NCBI GenBank assembly: GCA_965601925.1
Contig: OZ271854.1
Span: 1,408,001 to 1,472,000 of the forward strand
DNA: 64,000 nt
Direction of reading: 5' to 3'
Origin: Alkalispirochaeta sp.
GTDB taxonomy: Bacteria; Spirochaetota; Spirochaetia; DSM-27196; Alkalispirochaetaceae
In this document: piece after piece, positions 11,539 to 20,774 of the stretch
Layout: every line of letters starts with the position of its first letter
How positions within the stretch are numbered: position 1 is the first letter of the stretch
Made by a program: the position numbers and the translations under genes
The notes under the pieces: generated by a model
What the model was told of the DNA's origin: nothing
The model's database searches: none
Seen by the model: only the letters and a program-made list of their open reading frames with translations

Positions 11539-12360
11539 CTACAACGCCAGCGCGTCGAGTAGCCCGAGCACCTCGGTAACCGGTACGGCGCCCTTCGGCG
11601 CCAGTTCGACCATGCTTGCACCGACAATCTCATAGTTGTCGACAAGGTGCCGCACGGCGTCGATCAGACACGTGAACGACAGTCCGTCCGCTGTCGGGAC
11701 GAATGTATGCGGGAACGATGCCGGGTCCAGCACGTCGAAGTCGATGTGTAGGTACAGATTGTGGTATCCGGCGGCGCGGATAGTCGCCGCGAGCGACTTC
11801 GGGTCGGTAAGAGCTTCAGTCGATAGACGGGTGATGCCGTGTCGTTCTATCGTGGCGGCCTCGTCGGAGTCGAGATCACGTACGCCGGCGAGAATCACCT
11901 GATCGGGGTGCAGCGTGGAATAGGCCGTAGCCCGTAACGCGTCTTCACCTTCGCCCATGAGCACTCGTAACGGCATCCCGTGAAACGTCTTACTGGGTGA
12001 CGATTGCGGCGTGTTCATATCGGCGTGGGCATCGAACCACACCACGGCAAGGTCGCGATCGTAGCGGCGGTTGAGATAGGAAATCGGCACCACCTCGATC
12101 CCACACGTTCCTCCGACGGTAAAGAGCGACTCGGGATCCGCTCCGTCGATCGCATCCCTGAAACGCGCGAGTTGCCCCACGATGTCGCCGTGACCGATCA
12201 CTCCATGTTTCAAAACCGGATCGTCGTCGATTTCCACCTCGATATCGACAAAGTCGAGCCGGTCGGCAAGCTGATCTCTCAGAAACCGCGCTCCGTAATA
12301 GAGCGTTCTTCGGTTGCCGGATGATTGCCAATCGGGTATGCACACGTTGAGACGGGACAC
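11539..12360 (-). CDS. Arginase/ureohydrolase family protein
   Basis: WFDAHADMNTP..SPS..FHGMP and HIDFDVLDP; GTG start after AGGAGG. Confidence 0.88.
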   Translation of the reverse strand: MSRLNVCIPDWQSSGNRRTLYYGARFLRDQLADRLDFVDIEVEIDDDPVLKHGVIGHGDIVGQLARFRDAIDGADPESLFTVGGTCGIEVVPISYLNRRYDRDLAVVWFDAHADMNTPQSSPSKTFHGMPLRVLMGEGEDALRATAYSTLHPDQVILAGVRDLDSDEAATIERHGITRLSTEALTDPKSLAATIRAAGYHNLYLHIDFDVLDPASFPHTFVPTADGLSFTCLIDAVRHLVDNYEIVGASMVELAPKGAVPVTEVLGLLDALAL

Positions 12361-12434
12361 GGTGACGTCCTCCTTATCCGTGAGGATATACATTGCGCGT
12401 CGCGGCGACGAGCCTCCTGCACGCCACTGCGGCG

Positions 12435-12836
12435 CTACTCCGCCTCTATGCGGTAGAGGGTACCCTCCCAGATCGCGAAAACGGTGTTCTCCACACTCGC
12501 GATCGCCGTGGTACCGCTCCATCCGCGTCCCACCTCAGTGTAGTTGCCGTCTCCGTCGACGCGATAGAGCGCGTCACCATGTATGATCCAAAGGAAGTCG
12601 TCCGTCGCGGTCATGTGTGTCGTCGCGCCCCAACCGTCGGATATCGCCTCGTAGTTGCCGTCCCCGTCGACGCGATAGAGCGTCTCACCCCACACGATCC
12701 ACAGATAGCCGCCCATCGAGGCCATGGAAGTGCTTTCGTCCCATCCGCCGCCGAGGCTCGTGTAATCTCCCGGTGCGGCGGCAAGTTGTATAGCGGCGCC
12801 GGCGACTACGAGCGTAGTAATCAATAGTCGTTTCAT
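12435..12836 (-). CDS. Small secreted protein with about three 37-aa beta-propeller-blade (tachylectin-like) repeats
   Basis: Signal peptide; repeated GW...LWI..G.TLYRVDGDGNY; DNA repeat with a 111-bp period (12540 and 12651). Confidence 0.75.
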   Translation of the reverse strand: MKRLLITTLVVAGAAIQLAAAPGDYTSLGGGWDESTSMASMGGYLWIVWGETLYRVDGDGNYEAISDGWGATTHMTATDDFLWIIHGDALYRVDGDGNYTEVGRGWSGTTAIASVENTVFAIWEGTLYRIEAE

Positions 12837-12932
12837 GTCGTATCCTCAACGACAATCATACACGGTCATACGATAAAAGCGCGATCGCCATATCCCTTGC
12901 GAACGGGTCGGCGAACGCGTACGATCGGCGGT

Positions 12933-13376
12933 ATGGCCGACTGCAACGGCACCTCGATGTGCTACAAGATTATTCGCCGCTATAAGTACGAGACGACCCG
13001 ACCGTACACGATTCGAACCGCGGTACGGCCGACGGACGCGGCGACCGATTACTACGCATCCGTCGACCCGACCGGCTGTCTGCGTATCATGGAGCGGTAC
13101 CAATGGGACGGGCCCAGCGGACCGACGATCGATACCGAAAACTCGATGCGTGCCGGCTTGGTGCACGACGCGCTCTACCAACTTATGCGCTCCGGGGCGT
13201 TGGAGTCGAGCCGAAAGAATCGCGTTGCTGCGGACAAGACCTTTCGCTCACTTCTGAAGAAAGACGGTATGGGCATCGTGCGGCGCAATCTATGGTATGC
13301 CGTGGTTCGTCTGACGAGCTCCTATTTCACGCGCGCGGGATCCCGGCCGGAGCAAGAGACCATCTGCTTGGATTGA
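12933..13376 (+). CDS. DUF1353-like protein
   Basis: WDGPSGP...AGLVHDALY...ADKTF...DGM...YAVVR pattern; leaderless promoter TTGCGA-N17-TACGAT directly upstream. Confidence 0.7.
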   Translation: MADCNGTSMCYKIIRRYKYETTRPYTIRTAVRPTDAATDYYASVDPTGCLRIMERYQWDGPSGPTIDTENSMRAGLVHDALYQLMRSGALESSRKNRVAADKTFRSLLKKDGMGIVRRNLWYAVVRLTSSYFTRAGSRPEQETICLD

Positions 13377-13806
13377 CGAAACCGATGGAGGCGGCTCGGT
13401 ATCGATTCGTCACCAAACGTCTCGTCACATGATTGTCACGACAAACACAACCTCCCACATGGTCAGCGGTCCGGCAAGATGTCGAGCGGGAACGGGAACG
13501 ACACTGCGTTGCGGATACCCTCGGTCGAGGGTCGCCACGTCGACGGTAAAAGACGTAGATCCGAAATCGCACTCGGTCATGGGTGGCCACCATTCGATCG
13601 CGTCGTCGGAATCGTTCGGACGGCCGCTGCATAGTTCCTCGTACATATCGGCTTTGAACACCTGAGTGACACACTCCCCAAGCAGTGCGGGGTTGACCAC
13701 GGTTCGCACCGTTTGACCGGGGCGACATGAGTTTCTGCTCACCGTCGAGCGTCTTAGTCGTCGTCAATCGCCTCACCGTCCCCCGTACGTTGTAAGAAAG
13801 CCTTCA

Positions 13807-13843
13807 TGCAACCCTTTTTGCCCTTCTCGTGTCCTACTCTTGT
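13807..13843 (+). promoter_or_regulatory. ECF sigma-type promoter, leaderless, upstream of the radical SAM operon
   Basis: TGCAACC-N13-TCGTGTC-ctact-CTTGT-ATG; near-identical copy upstream of the desaturase. Confidence 0.75.
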
Positions 13844-15490
13844 ATGGGGAAGACCGATCCATCGGCTCGGCGGTCCGTCTCTATCTGTGGTACCACCAGA
13901 ATACTGCTCGTATATCCGGAGACTCCGGACACCTATTGGAGTTATCGCCACGCCATCGAGTTCCTGGGAAAGAGGGCGCTCATGCCGCCGCTCGGGTTAT
14001 TGACCGCGGCGGCGATCATGGGAGAGGAGTTCGACTATCACCTAGTAGATATGAACGTGGAATCACTAAAAGAGGATTCCCTGGAGTGGGCGGATTACGT
14101 CTTCATTTCGGCAATGATTGTCCAGGCCGATTCAATGCGCGAGGTGATAGCGAGATGTAACCGCGCGGGAGTGCCCGTAGTTGCCGGGGGTCCCTACCCC
14201 ACGGCCTGTTACAAAGAGATCGACGGTGTGGACCATTTTGTTCTCGGCGAAGGGGAGTGCACGATTCCGGAGTTTCGTCGGGACCTTGCCGAGGGCACCC
14301 TTAAACCGATCTATCCTGCCGGCGAGCGCCCGGAAATCGACAACGTTCCGTTACCGCGTTTCGATCTTTGCAGGATTTCTCGCTACGAAACCATGCCGCT
14401 GCAGTTCTCCCGAGGCTGTCCGTTTAACTGTGAGTTCTGCGACATCGTGTCCCTGTTCGGGCACAAGGTTCGCACAAAGAGCGCGGAGCAGTTTATTCGG
14501 GAAATGGAAGCGCTCCACGACGTCGGGTTTCGAGGCAATCTCTTTGTCGTGGATGATAACTTCATCGGCAATCGGAGACGGGCGAAGGCGTTGCTCAGAC
14601 GCATCCGGGCGTGGCAGTCTGAAAAGGGCTATCCCTTCAATCTGAGTACCGAAGCGAGTATCGATCTTGCCGATGATCGAGAGTTCTTGGATCTCATGGC
14701 GGCTTGCGGCTTCAAGATGGTCTTCGTGGGGCTGGAGACGCCGGTCGAGGCCTCCCTCCAGGGAGCCGGCAAGCGGCAGAACCTCCGAGGGAACGTGGTC
14801 GATAAGGTGCGTCGGATCCAGAGCGCCGGAATCGAGGTAACCGCAGGGTTCATTGTCGGCTTTGACTCCGACCCCGAAGACATTGCCGACCGGCAAATCG
14901 AGTTCATTCAGGAGCTTGGTGTTCCCACGGCGATGGTCGGCCTCTTGACGGCGCTTCCAAATACGAGGCTCTGGGACCGCCTGTCGGAGGAGGGACGAAT
15001 GCGATTCCGCTCAGGCGGCAACAATACCCATACCAGCGAACTGAACTTTACGACTATGTTGCCCCAGAGGGCCGTTGTCGACGGGTACCGAAGGATACTG
15101 GAGACTATCTACAGCCCTCGGCGATACTTCCGGCGCGCCCTGAGGTTGGTCACTTCGCTGCCGCGACGTTCGGTCACTCCGACTCTCTCCGTTCGCGGCC
15201 GGATATCTCAAAACCAAGGTAGGGCGCTCTACCGTTCACTCACTAAACAGGGGCTATCTTCCTACGCATTGTGGTATTGGCTCTTTCTCCTCCGAGCGCT
15301 CCTATCTCGGCCGCGTCTATTTGTCACCGTTGTCACTTTGGCGGTCCGGGGGCACCACTTCTTCGTCATTACCGACAGGCTCGTTCGTAGTATCCGGGGA
15401 GAGAACCGGGAAACGGGCGATACGACCCGAAGCCGTGCAAGGACGCACCGACCGGACCCCCCTCGTGATACACTCATACACGAAGCTTGA
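13844..15490 (+). CDS. B12-binding-domain radical SAM protein (DUF4070/HpnP-like family)
   Basis: MPPLGLLT, VAGGPYPT, GEGE, SRGCPFNCEFC (CxxxCxxC), VDDNFIG and GFIVGFDSD. Confidence 0.92.
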   Translation: MGKTDPSARRSVSICGTTRILLVYPETPDTYWSYRHAIEFLGKRALMPPLGLLTAAAIMGEEFDYHLVDMNVESLKEDSLEWADYVFISAMIVQADSMREVIARCNRAGVPVVAGGPYPTACYKEIDGVDHFVLGEGECTIPEFRRDLAEGTLKPIYPAGERPEIDNVPLPRFDLCRISRYETMPLQFSRGCPFNCEFCDIVSLFGHKVRTKSAEQFIREMEALHDVGFRGNLFVVDDNFIGNRRRAKALLRRIRAWQSEKGYPFNLSTEASIDLADDREFLDLMAACGFKMVFVGLETPVEASLQGAGKRQNLRGNVVDKVRRIQSAGIEVTAGFIVGFDSDPEDIADRQIEFIQELGVPTAMVGLLTALPNTRLWDRLSEEGRMRFRSGGNNTHTSELNFTTMLPQRAVVDGYRRILETIYSPRRYFRRALRLVTSLPRRSVTPTLSVRGRISQNQGRALYRSLTKQGLSSYALWYWLFLLRALLSRPRLFVTVVTLAVRGHHFFVITDRLVRSIRGENRETGDTTRSRARTHRPDPPRDTLIHEA

Positions 15491-15510
15491 TTTTATAGGA
15501 GGTGGCCGCG

Positions 15511-15852
15511 GTGCAGAGCGTTCCGTCCCCGGTGGCTCAGCTCATGATCACGGTGATCCCAATGGTCGGCATTGTTGTCGCCGGCGTCGTGGTATTCTTC
15601 TTTCTGCTCTGGAATCATCGGCAGCGTATGGCCCAAATAGAACGGGGCATGAACCCTCCACCGCTGATCGATTTAGAGCGATTCAGCTTGCTTCTCGGAT
15701 TACTTGCCGTGGCGGTCGGACTGGTACTGACTATCGTTGCTCTCCTGGCGTATCGAGGAGGCTACGGTCTGTTGGGCGGACTCATCCCCCTCGCCGTAGG
15801 CGTGGGGTTTCTCCTCTATTATCGAATCGCTGAGACCAAACGGGGCCGATGA
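15511..15852 (+). CDS. Small 3-TM membrane protein (DUF6249-like) upstream of the ECF sigma
   Basis: TM helix, HRQRMAQIERG, two further TM helices; AGGAGG RBS with GTG at 15511; ATGA overlap with the sigma gene. Confidence 0.7.
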   Translation: MQSVPSPVAQLMITVIPMVGIVVAGVVVFFFLLWNHRQRMAQIERGMNPPPLIDLERFSLLLGLLAVAVGLVLTIVALLAYRGGYGLLGGLIPLAVGVGFLLYYRIAETKRGR

Positions 15853-16436
15853 CGGACGATTCCGGTCGAGACCAGGAGGATTTAGCGGTAATTCGTTCGG
15901 TCTTGGGCGGCGATCGAAACGCCTTTCGCCGGCTGGTCGAGAAGTATCAGCCGGCGGTATCGGCCATCGGAAGGCGAACCGTCACCGCACGGGAGGACCT
16001 CATGGACTATGTCCAAGACGTCTTTTTCAAGAGTTTTGTGCACCTCGGACAGTATTCCGGAAAAGGGCGGTTCTACTCTTGGCTGATGCGAATCGCCTAT
16101 ACCACGGCGATAAACCGGAGCAAGCGCACGATTCCCGAAGTTCCCACCGATCCGGAGTTTCTCGCTCGTCTATGGCACGCCTCTCGAGAGCGAGAGCCGG
16201 ATCGTACGACCGAGCGTAGAGTATTGTGGGAGGCGATTATCGAAGCGATTCGGGAGCTTCCGGGACAGCTCGCCTTCTCTGTGGAGCTCTTTTTCGTACT
16301 GGGGCTTCGGTACCGGGAAATCGCCGAGATGACCGGCGTGCCGGTTAACACCCTCAAATCCCACATTCATCGAGCGCGCCGCTTGCTGCAAGAGCGGTTG
16401 GACCGCTCAATGTTGGAGGATCAGGATGACGTGTAA
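15849..16436 (+). CDS. ECF RNA polymerase sigma factor
   Basis: Region 2 DYVQDVF...FYSWLMRIAYT; region 4 YREIAEMTGVPVNTLKSHIHRAR. Confidence 0.95.
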   Translation: MTDDSGRDQEDLAVIRSVLGGDRNAFRRLVEKYQPAVSAIGRRTVTAREDLMDYVQDVFFKSFVHLGQYSGKGRFYSWLMRIAYTTAINRSKRTIPEVPTDPEFLARLWHASREREPDRTTERRVLWEAIIEAIRELPGQLAFSVELFFVLGLRYREIAEMTGVPVNTLKSHIHRARRLLQERLDRSMLEDQDDV

Positions 16437-16896
16437 CGAAGTTGAGGAACGGCTTCTTGCGCTGGATCACGGCGAAATCCCGGGTGTTGAGGTGGAGGCC
16501 CATCTTTCGAAGTGCCCGAGTTGTCGCCGCCTGGCGCGAACTCTCGCGGTCGCCGAAGGTGGTCTCCGAGAAACGTCGAGGGCCGATCCGGATCTGGTGA
16601 ACTCCGTGATGACCGCAATCGATGAAAGCAACGTCTACCCGACTCGAGCCCACTCGTTTTTTCATTGGCTATTCGGCGGCCTCTTGCTCGTGACCGCTTT
16701 CGTGGCGGTTCGACAGAGCGATCCGTTCCGATTTCTTCTCGATAGTTTTCTAGGACCCCGGGTCGACCTGTCGGTGACGGTAGTCATAGGCATGGGAGTG
16801 GTGGCGTACTTGGCGGTTTTTGTTGTTGCCAACGGTGATCGTTTGGAAGAGGTGGTTCGTAGTGTGGTGAGACGGCACGGCTCCGGAGAGCGGTGA
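16426..16896 (+). CDS. Zinc-finger (ZAS/zf-HC2) membrane anti-sigma factor
   Basis: MTC...HLSKCPSC (HxxxCxxC) followed by two TM segments; overlaps the sigma gene. Confidence 0.88.
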   Translation: MTCNEVEERLLALDHGEIPGVEVEAHLSKCPSCRRLARTLAVAEGGLRETSRADPDLVNSVMTAIDESNVYPTRAHSFFHWLFGGLLLVTAFVAVRQSDPFRFLLDSFLGPRVDLSVTVVIGMGVVAYLAVFVVANGDRLEEVVRSVVRRHGSGER

Positions 16897-16986
16897 AAGA
16901 AGCGGTTTGTCGACGATGTGCTCCGCGAATGCCGTTGCTTGCGGCAGCAGGCAACGGTCGCAGAGCGGAGTTGCCGATACCGGGCT

Positions 16987-18003
16987 TTACGCCGCGGACG
17001 GAGTCGCCTTCCGCAGCGTCCTAAAGCTGATGAGCCGATCGTTCGCTTCGTCCCAGAGATTCATGTTCACCGAGGCAAAACTCCTCTTCACCGTCAGATG
17101 GTCTTTGAGACGTAGTTCGGGTATAGCGTCAAGACAGCGTTGCAGGTTGTAGTTGGGAATACGAGGGCGAAGGTGGTGGACGTGGTGCAGCCCGATGTTG
17201 GCACTAAACCACTGAAACACCTTCGGTAGCTTGTAGTAGGAACTCCCCTCCATGGCGGCGTCTACGGTGTGCCACTCTTCCTCCCGTTTCCAGTATCCGG
17301 GGTCAAACTGATGCTGGACGTAGAAGAGCCAAATTCCCGCCATACCGGCGAAGTACATGATCGGAAGCTGAATGAGTAGATAGGTTCCTAGTCCGATGGT
17401 TACGCTTGCCAGAAGCACGATCGCCGCAATAACGCCGTTTGTGATCCAGACGCTCCGTCTTTGCCGCTTGTTGTCCAGCTTATGCGGTTTTCGCTGAACA
17501 ATCACAAAGAGGAGCAATGGCGCTATGCCGAACATGAAGACCGGATTTCGGTAGATCCTGTAGCCAAGACGTCTCCACCACGGAGAGTCCACGTACTCCT
17601 GGGCGGTTAGCGTCCAAACTTCGCCGATCGTCCGCCGGTCGAGGTTACCGGAGGTGGAATGGTGCACCCCGTGCCCGTGTTGCCAGGATCCGAAGGCGGT
17701 AAAGGTGAGCGTTCCGATTATGTGACCCACGATCCGGTTCGCCTTCCGGCTTGGAAAGAAGGAGCCGTGTGAGCAGTCGTGAAACAGGATAAAAAGCCGC
17801 ACCATGAAGGCCGCCGCCGGAATCGAAAGGAGAACGGTCGTCCACGCGGGATAGTCCGCCCGAACGGATAGATACATGAGCACCACGAGCCCGAGATAGG
17901 GAATGAAAGTATTCGCTAACTGTCGGACGGCTCGCCATGTGACAGGTTTTTCGTACGCTTTGAGCTGAGCAACCCAGCTCGGTTTTTCTTGGTTGCGTTT
18001 CAT
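16987..18003 (-). CDS. Membrane fatty acid (acyl-lipid) desaturase
   Basis: Three His boxes HDCSH, HGVHH and HHVHH; resembles Bacillus Des. Confidence 0.93.
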   Translation of the reverse strand: MKRNQEKPSWVAQLKAYEKPVTWRAVRQLANTFIPYLGLVVLMYLSVRADYPAWTTVLLSIPAAAFMVRLFILFHDCSHGSFFPSRKANRIVGHIIGTLTFTAFGSWQHGHGVHHSTSGNLDRRTIGEVWTLTAQEYVDSPWWRRLGYRIYRNPVFMFGIAPLLLFVIVQRKPHKLDNKRQRRSVWITNGVIAAIVLLASVTIGLGTYLLIQLPIMYFAGMAGIWLFYVQHQFDPGYWKREEEWHTVDAAMEGSSYYKLPKVFQWFSANIGLHHVHHLRPRIPNYNLQRCLDAIPELRLKDHLTVKRSFASVNMNLWDEANDRLISFRTLRKATPSAA

Positions 18004-18039
18004 ACAAGGTACAGACACGAAAAATGTTATTTGGTTGCA
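18004..18039 (-). promoter_or_regulatory. ECF sigma-type promoter, leaderless, upstream of the desaturase
   Basis: Minus strand reads TGCAACC-N12-TCGTGTC-tgtac-CTTGT-ATG. Confidence 0.75.
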
Positions 18040-18138
18040 CTAATTCGGAAGATCAAGCGGTTCCTCAGGAGGCCGCTGAACCAAGGGAACACGTCTCCAA
18101 CGGACGAGGACGGCGCACCGCGATTAGTGTGAGAGGCG

Positions 18139-18855
18139 CTACAGGTCGCGTCTGGTGTGAAGTGTATGGATGGGTTCGTCGCTGCGCGGCGCGGAGCCTA
18201 CCGCAAGGCGGCACATGTATGTGCCGACCTCCTCGGCCGAAAGCCACTCATCGACCACCTGCGCATCGCGAACCCGCGTCTTGAGCGGGTTAAAGGCGAC
18301 GATCGAGTATACTCTTACCGCTGTGCCGCGCGCCTCCACGTCCAATACCTTGGCCATCATTTTCTGTGCCGCGGCGACGATCGATATCACGCCGGCCTCC
18401 GGCGCCACGATCTCGGACGCTCCCCCGTTGAGCATGATATAGGTACCGTGCTTCTGCTGATGAAAGAGTGAGAGAAAGGCGCGCATGAAGAGAAAGTGGG
18501 TGTTGAGATTGTCGTTCAGTACCCGCTGCCAGTCGGCAAAGGGCATGTGGTGGAGACTGTAGCCGTAGTACCAATCGCCGATCGTCGCAACGGCGATATC
18601 GACCCTCTCAAAGCGGCTTATCACCTGAGTTCGTAACCGACCGACCGACTCCTCCTCACCGACGAATGCCGGAATGCACACCAAGCGCTCGGCGAGTGGC
18701 TCTCCGACGTACTCGGCAAGTCTGTCTCGCTTCCCCTCGCTCCGTGTCGGCACCACGACCGTCGCCCCATCGTTCAGGAACGAGTGTACGATTCCCTCGC
18801 CGACGCTCCCCGTCCCGCCGGCCACGACCGCGACCTTACCGTCCAATATGCCCAT
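18139..18855 (-). CDS. SDR family oxidoreductase (atypical active site)
   Basis: VAVVAGGTGSVGEG Rossmann motif; no canonical YxxxK; GGAGG RBS and TATAAT upstream. Confidence 0.8.
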   Translation of the reverse strand: MGILDGKVAVVAGGTGSVGEGIVHSFLNDGATVVVPTRSEGKRDRLAEYVGEPLAERLVCIPAFVGEEESVGRLRTQVISRFERVDIAVATIGDWYYGYSLHHMPFADWQRVLNDNLNTHFLFMRAFLSLFHQQKHGTYIMLNGGASEIVAPEAGVISIVAAAQKMMAKVLDVEARGTAVRVYSIVAFNPLKTRVRDAQVVDEWLSAEEVGTYMCRLAVGSAPRSDEPIHTLHTRRDL

Positions 18856-18973
18856 GCGCGTCCTCCCCGGTACCCTATGTAGCATTATAGTCCCGCGCCG
18901 GTCTCCGTGCGAGGATTAGTTCCCGGCGGGCGTCGCCGCCGGAGCGACGTCGATCGGCGTTATATTTCTCACT

Positions 18974-19633
18974 ATGAACACGAAACGGGAACGACTCATG
19001 TGGGATGAGCGATATGGTGCGGAGGAGTACGCGTACGGCACCGATCCGAACGATTTTCTCAGAGAACGGTATCGCAGCATTCCGATGGGAAGGGTTCTCA
19101 GTTTAGCTGAGGGCGAAGGGCGGAATGCCGTGTTTCTTGCAAAGCAAGGTTACGCAGTAACCGCCGTCGATGCGTCTCGCGTCGGTTTACGCAAGGCCGA
19201 AAAACTGGCGAGTGAACGCGGGGTCGACATCGATTTCGTCCAAGCGGATATAACCGATTTCGATATGGGCGAGAACCAATGGAACGGCATCGTGTCCATT
19301 TTTGTCCCATTGCGCTCGGCGCAGAGGACGGAACTGCACAAAAAGATAATTGCCGGCCTGAAAGACGGAGGGGTGTTTTTCGTCGAAGCCTATACACCGG
19401 AGCAACTGAAGTACCGAACCGGAGGAGGATCATCCGCCGAGACGATGACGTCACAGGAGTCGCTGATTCGCGATTTGGGCGACTTGAGGTTCATCCATTT
19501 GGCTGCGATCGAACGAAACGTAGTGGAGGGCGCGTACCATACGGGCCTGAGTGCCGTCGTCCAGGCGATAGCTATGAAAGGGGCGCGTTCGTCATCGCCT
19601 CACCCTATTCTCCGCGGGGTCCGTACGATGTGA
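18974..19633 (+). CDS. Class I SAM-dependent methyltransferase
   Basis: WDERY, VLSLAEGEGRNAVFLA and VTAVD; start may be 18998. Confidence 0.88.
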   Translation: MNTKRERLMWDERYGAEEYAYGTDPNDFLRERYRSIPMGRVLSLAEGEGRNAVFLAKQGYAVTAVDASRVGLRKAEKLASERGVDIDFVQADITDFDMGENQWNGIVSIFVPLRSAQRTELHKKIIAGLKDGGVFFVEAYTPEQLKYRTGGGSSAETMTSQESLIRDLGDLRFIHLAAIERNVVEGAYHTGLSAVVQAIAMKGARSSSPHPILRGVRTM

Positions 19634-19667
19634 TCTTCCGCTTACCGACGGCTGCGGTCGAGGCCCG

Positions 19668-20753
19668 CTACCCTTCCCAACCGACTCCCCGGCGGTCCGC
19701 CCACGGCCCGCCGTCCTCGTATCGCTCGGGATACAACGCCTTGGGTCGCGGATCCTCGGCCACATCGAGTTGGAGCACCATCCACTTCGGATAGGGCGTA
19801 AACTCGTCGCGCCCCGCCTCGTCCAACTCCCGGAGATCCTCCGCGGTGAGGCGGAGGTCGGCGGCCGCGATATTGTCCGCGAGATGCTCCTTTTTGCGTC
19901 CCGCGATGATGACGCTGGAAATCGCCGGTTGCGCGAGGAGCCACGCCAAGGAGATCTGGGCGACGCTCACGCCGTGACGACCGGCGACCGCACGCGCCGC
20001 GTCAATAACGCGATACCCCGCCTCTCTGTCGAAGGGGACGAAGTTGCCGTTCTCGGCAAAGCGCGTGCCGTCCGGGGCCGCCTTGCCGCGCTCGTACTTG
20101 CCCGAGAGAAAGCCGCCGGCTAAGGGGCTCCACACGAGAATGCCCAGGTTGTGATACTCGGCCATGGAGATGAACTCATGCTCCAAACCGCGGCCGACGA
20201 GGCTGTAGTACATCTGAGCGGTGACGAAGGTGTTGAGGTTCATCTGCCGTTGCGCCGCAAGGGCCGTCGCACCCTGCCACGCGAGGTAGTTGCTGAACCC
20301 GATGTACCGAACCTTTCCGTGGCGCACCAGATCGTCCATTGCGCGCAGCGTCTCCTCCAGCGGTGTGTTGCTGTCCCATCCGTGGAGCTGATAGAGATCG
20401 ATATAGTCGGTCTGCAGCCGCTTGAGACTACTCTCGACACCGCGCATGATGTTGACCCGCGTGGCGCCGCTTCGATTGATGTTGTCGCTCATCGGGAGTC
20501 GGCACTTGGTCGCGATCACCAGCTCCTCACGCTTACCCTTGATTGCGTTCCCGACGAACTCCTCGCTCTCGCCGAGGCTGTACACGTCGGCGGTATCGAT
20601 GAAGTTAATCCCCCGATCCAAGGCGAAGGCGACCAGGTCGTTCGTAGCTCGCTGGTCCAGATTCCCCATGTTCATCTTTCGGCCGAACTGCATCGTCCCG
20701 AGAGATACCGCGCTGACGATGAGGCCGCTGTTTCCGAGTCTGCGATACTTCAT
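19668..20753 (-). CDS. Aldo/keto reductase
   Basis: LGNSGL.VS, DTADVY, SLKRLQTDYIDLYQLH and WSPLAGG. Confidence 0.95.
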   Translation of the reverse strand: MKYRRLGNSGLIVSAVSLGTMQFGRKMNMGNLDQRATNDLVAFALDRGINFIDTADVYSLGESEEFVGNAIKGKREELVIATKCRLPMSDNINRSGATRVNIMRGVESSLKRLQTDYIDLYQLHGWDSNTPLEETLRAMDDLVRHGKVRYIGFSNYLAWQGATALAAQRQMNLNTFVTAQMYYSLVGRGLEHEFISMAEYHNLGILVWSPLAGGFLSGKYERGKAAPDGTRFAENGNFVPFDREAGYRVIDAARAVAGRHGVSVAQISLAWLLAQPAISSVIIAGRKKEHLADNIAAADLRLTAEDLRELDEAGRDEFTPYPKWMVLQLDVAEDPRPKALYPERYEDGGPWADRRGVGWEG

Positions 20754-20774
20754 ACATTCTCCTTGGTAGGCCGA

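Noticed and set aside
13377..13806. Short ORFs (13425-13742 minus and others) and a GTCAC-N6-GTCAC repeat at 13424-13439
   Set aside because: No recognisable protein motif or convincing RBS; the OmpR-like repeat has no clear downstream -10 or gene
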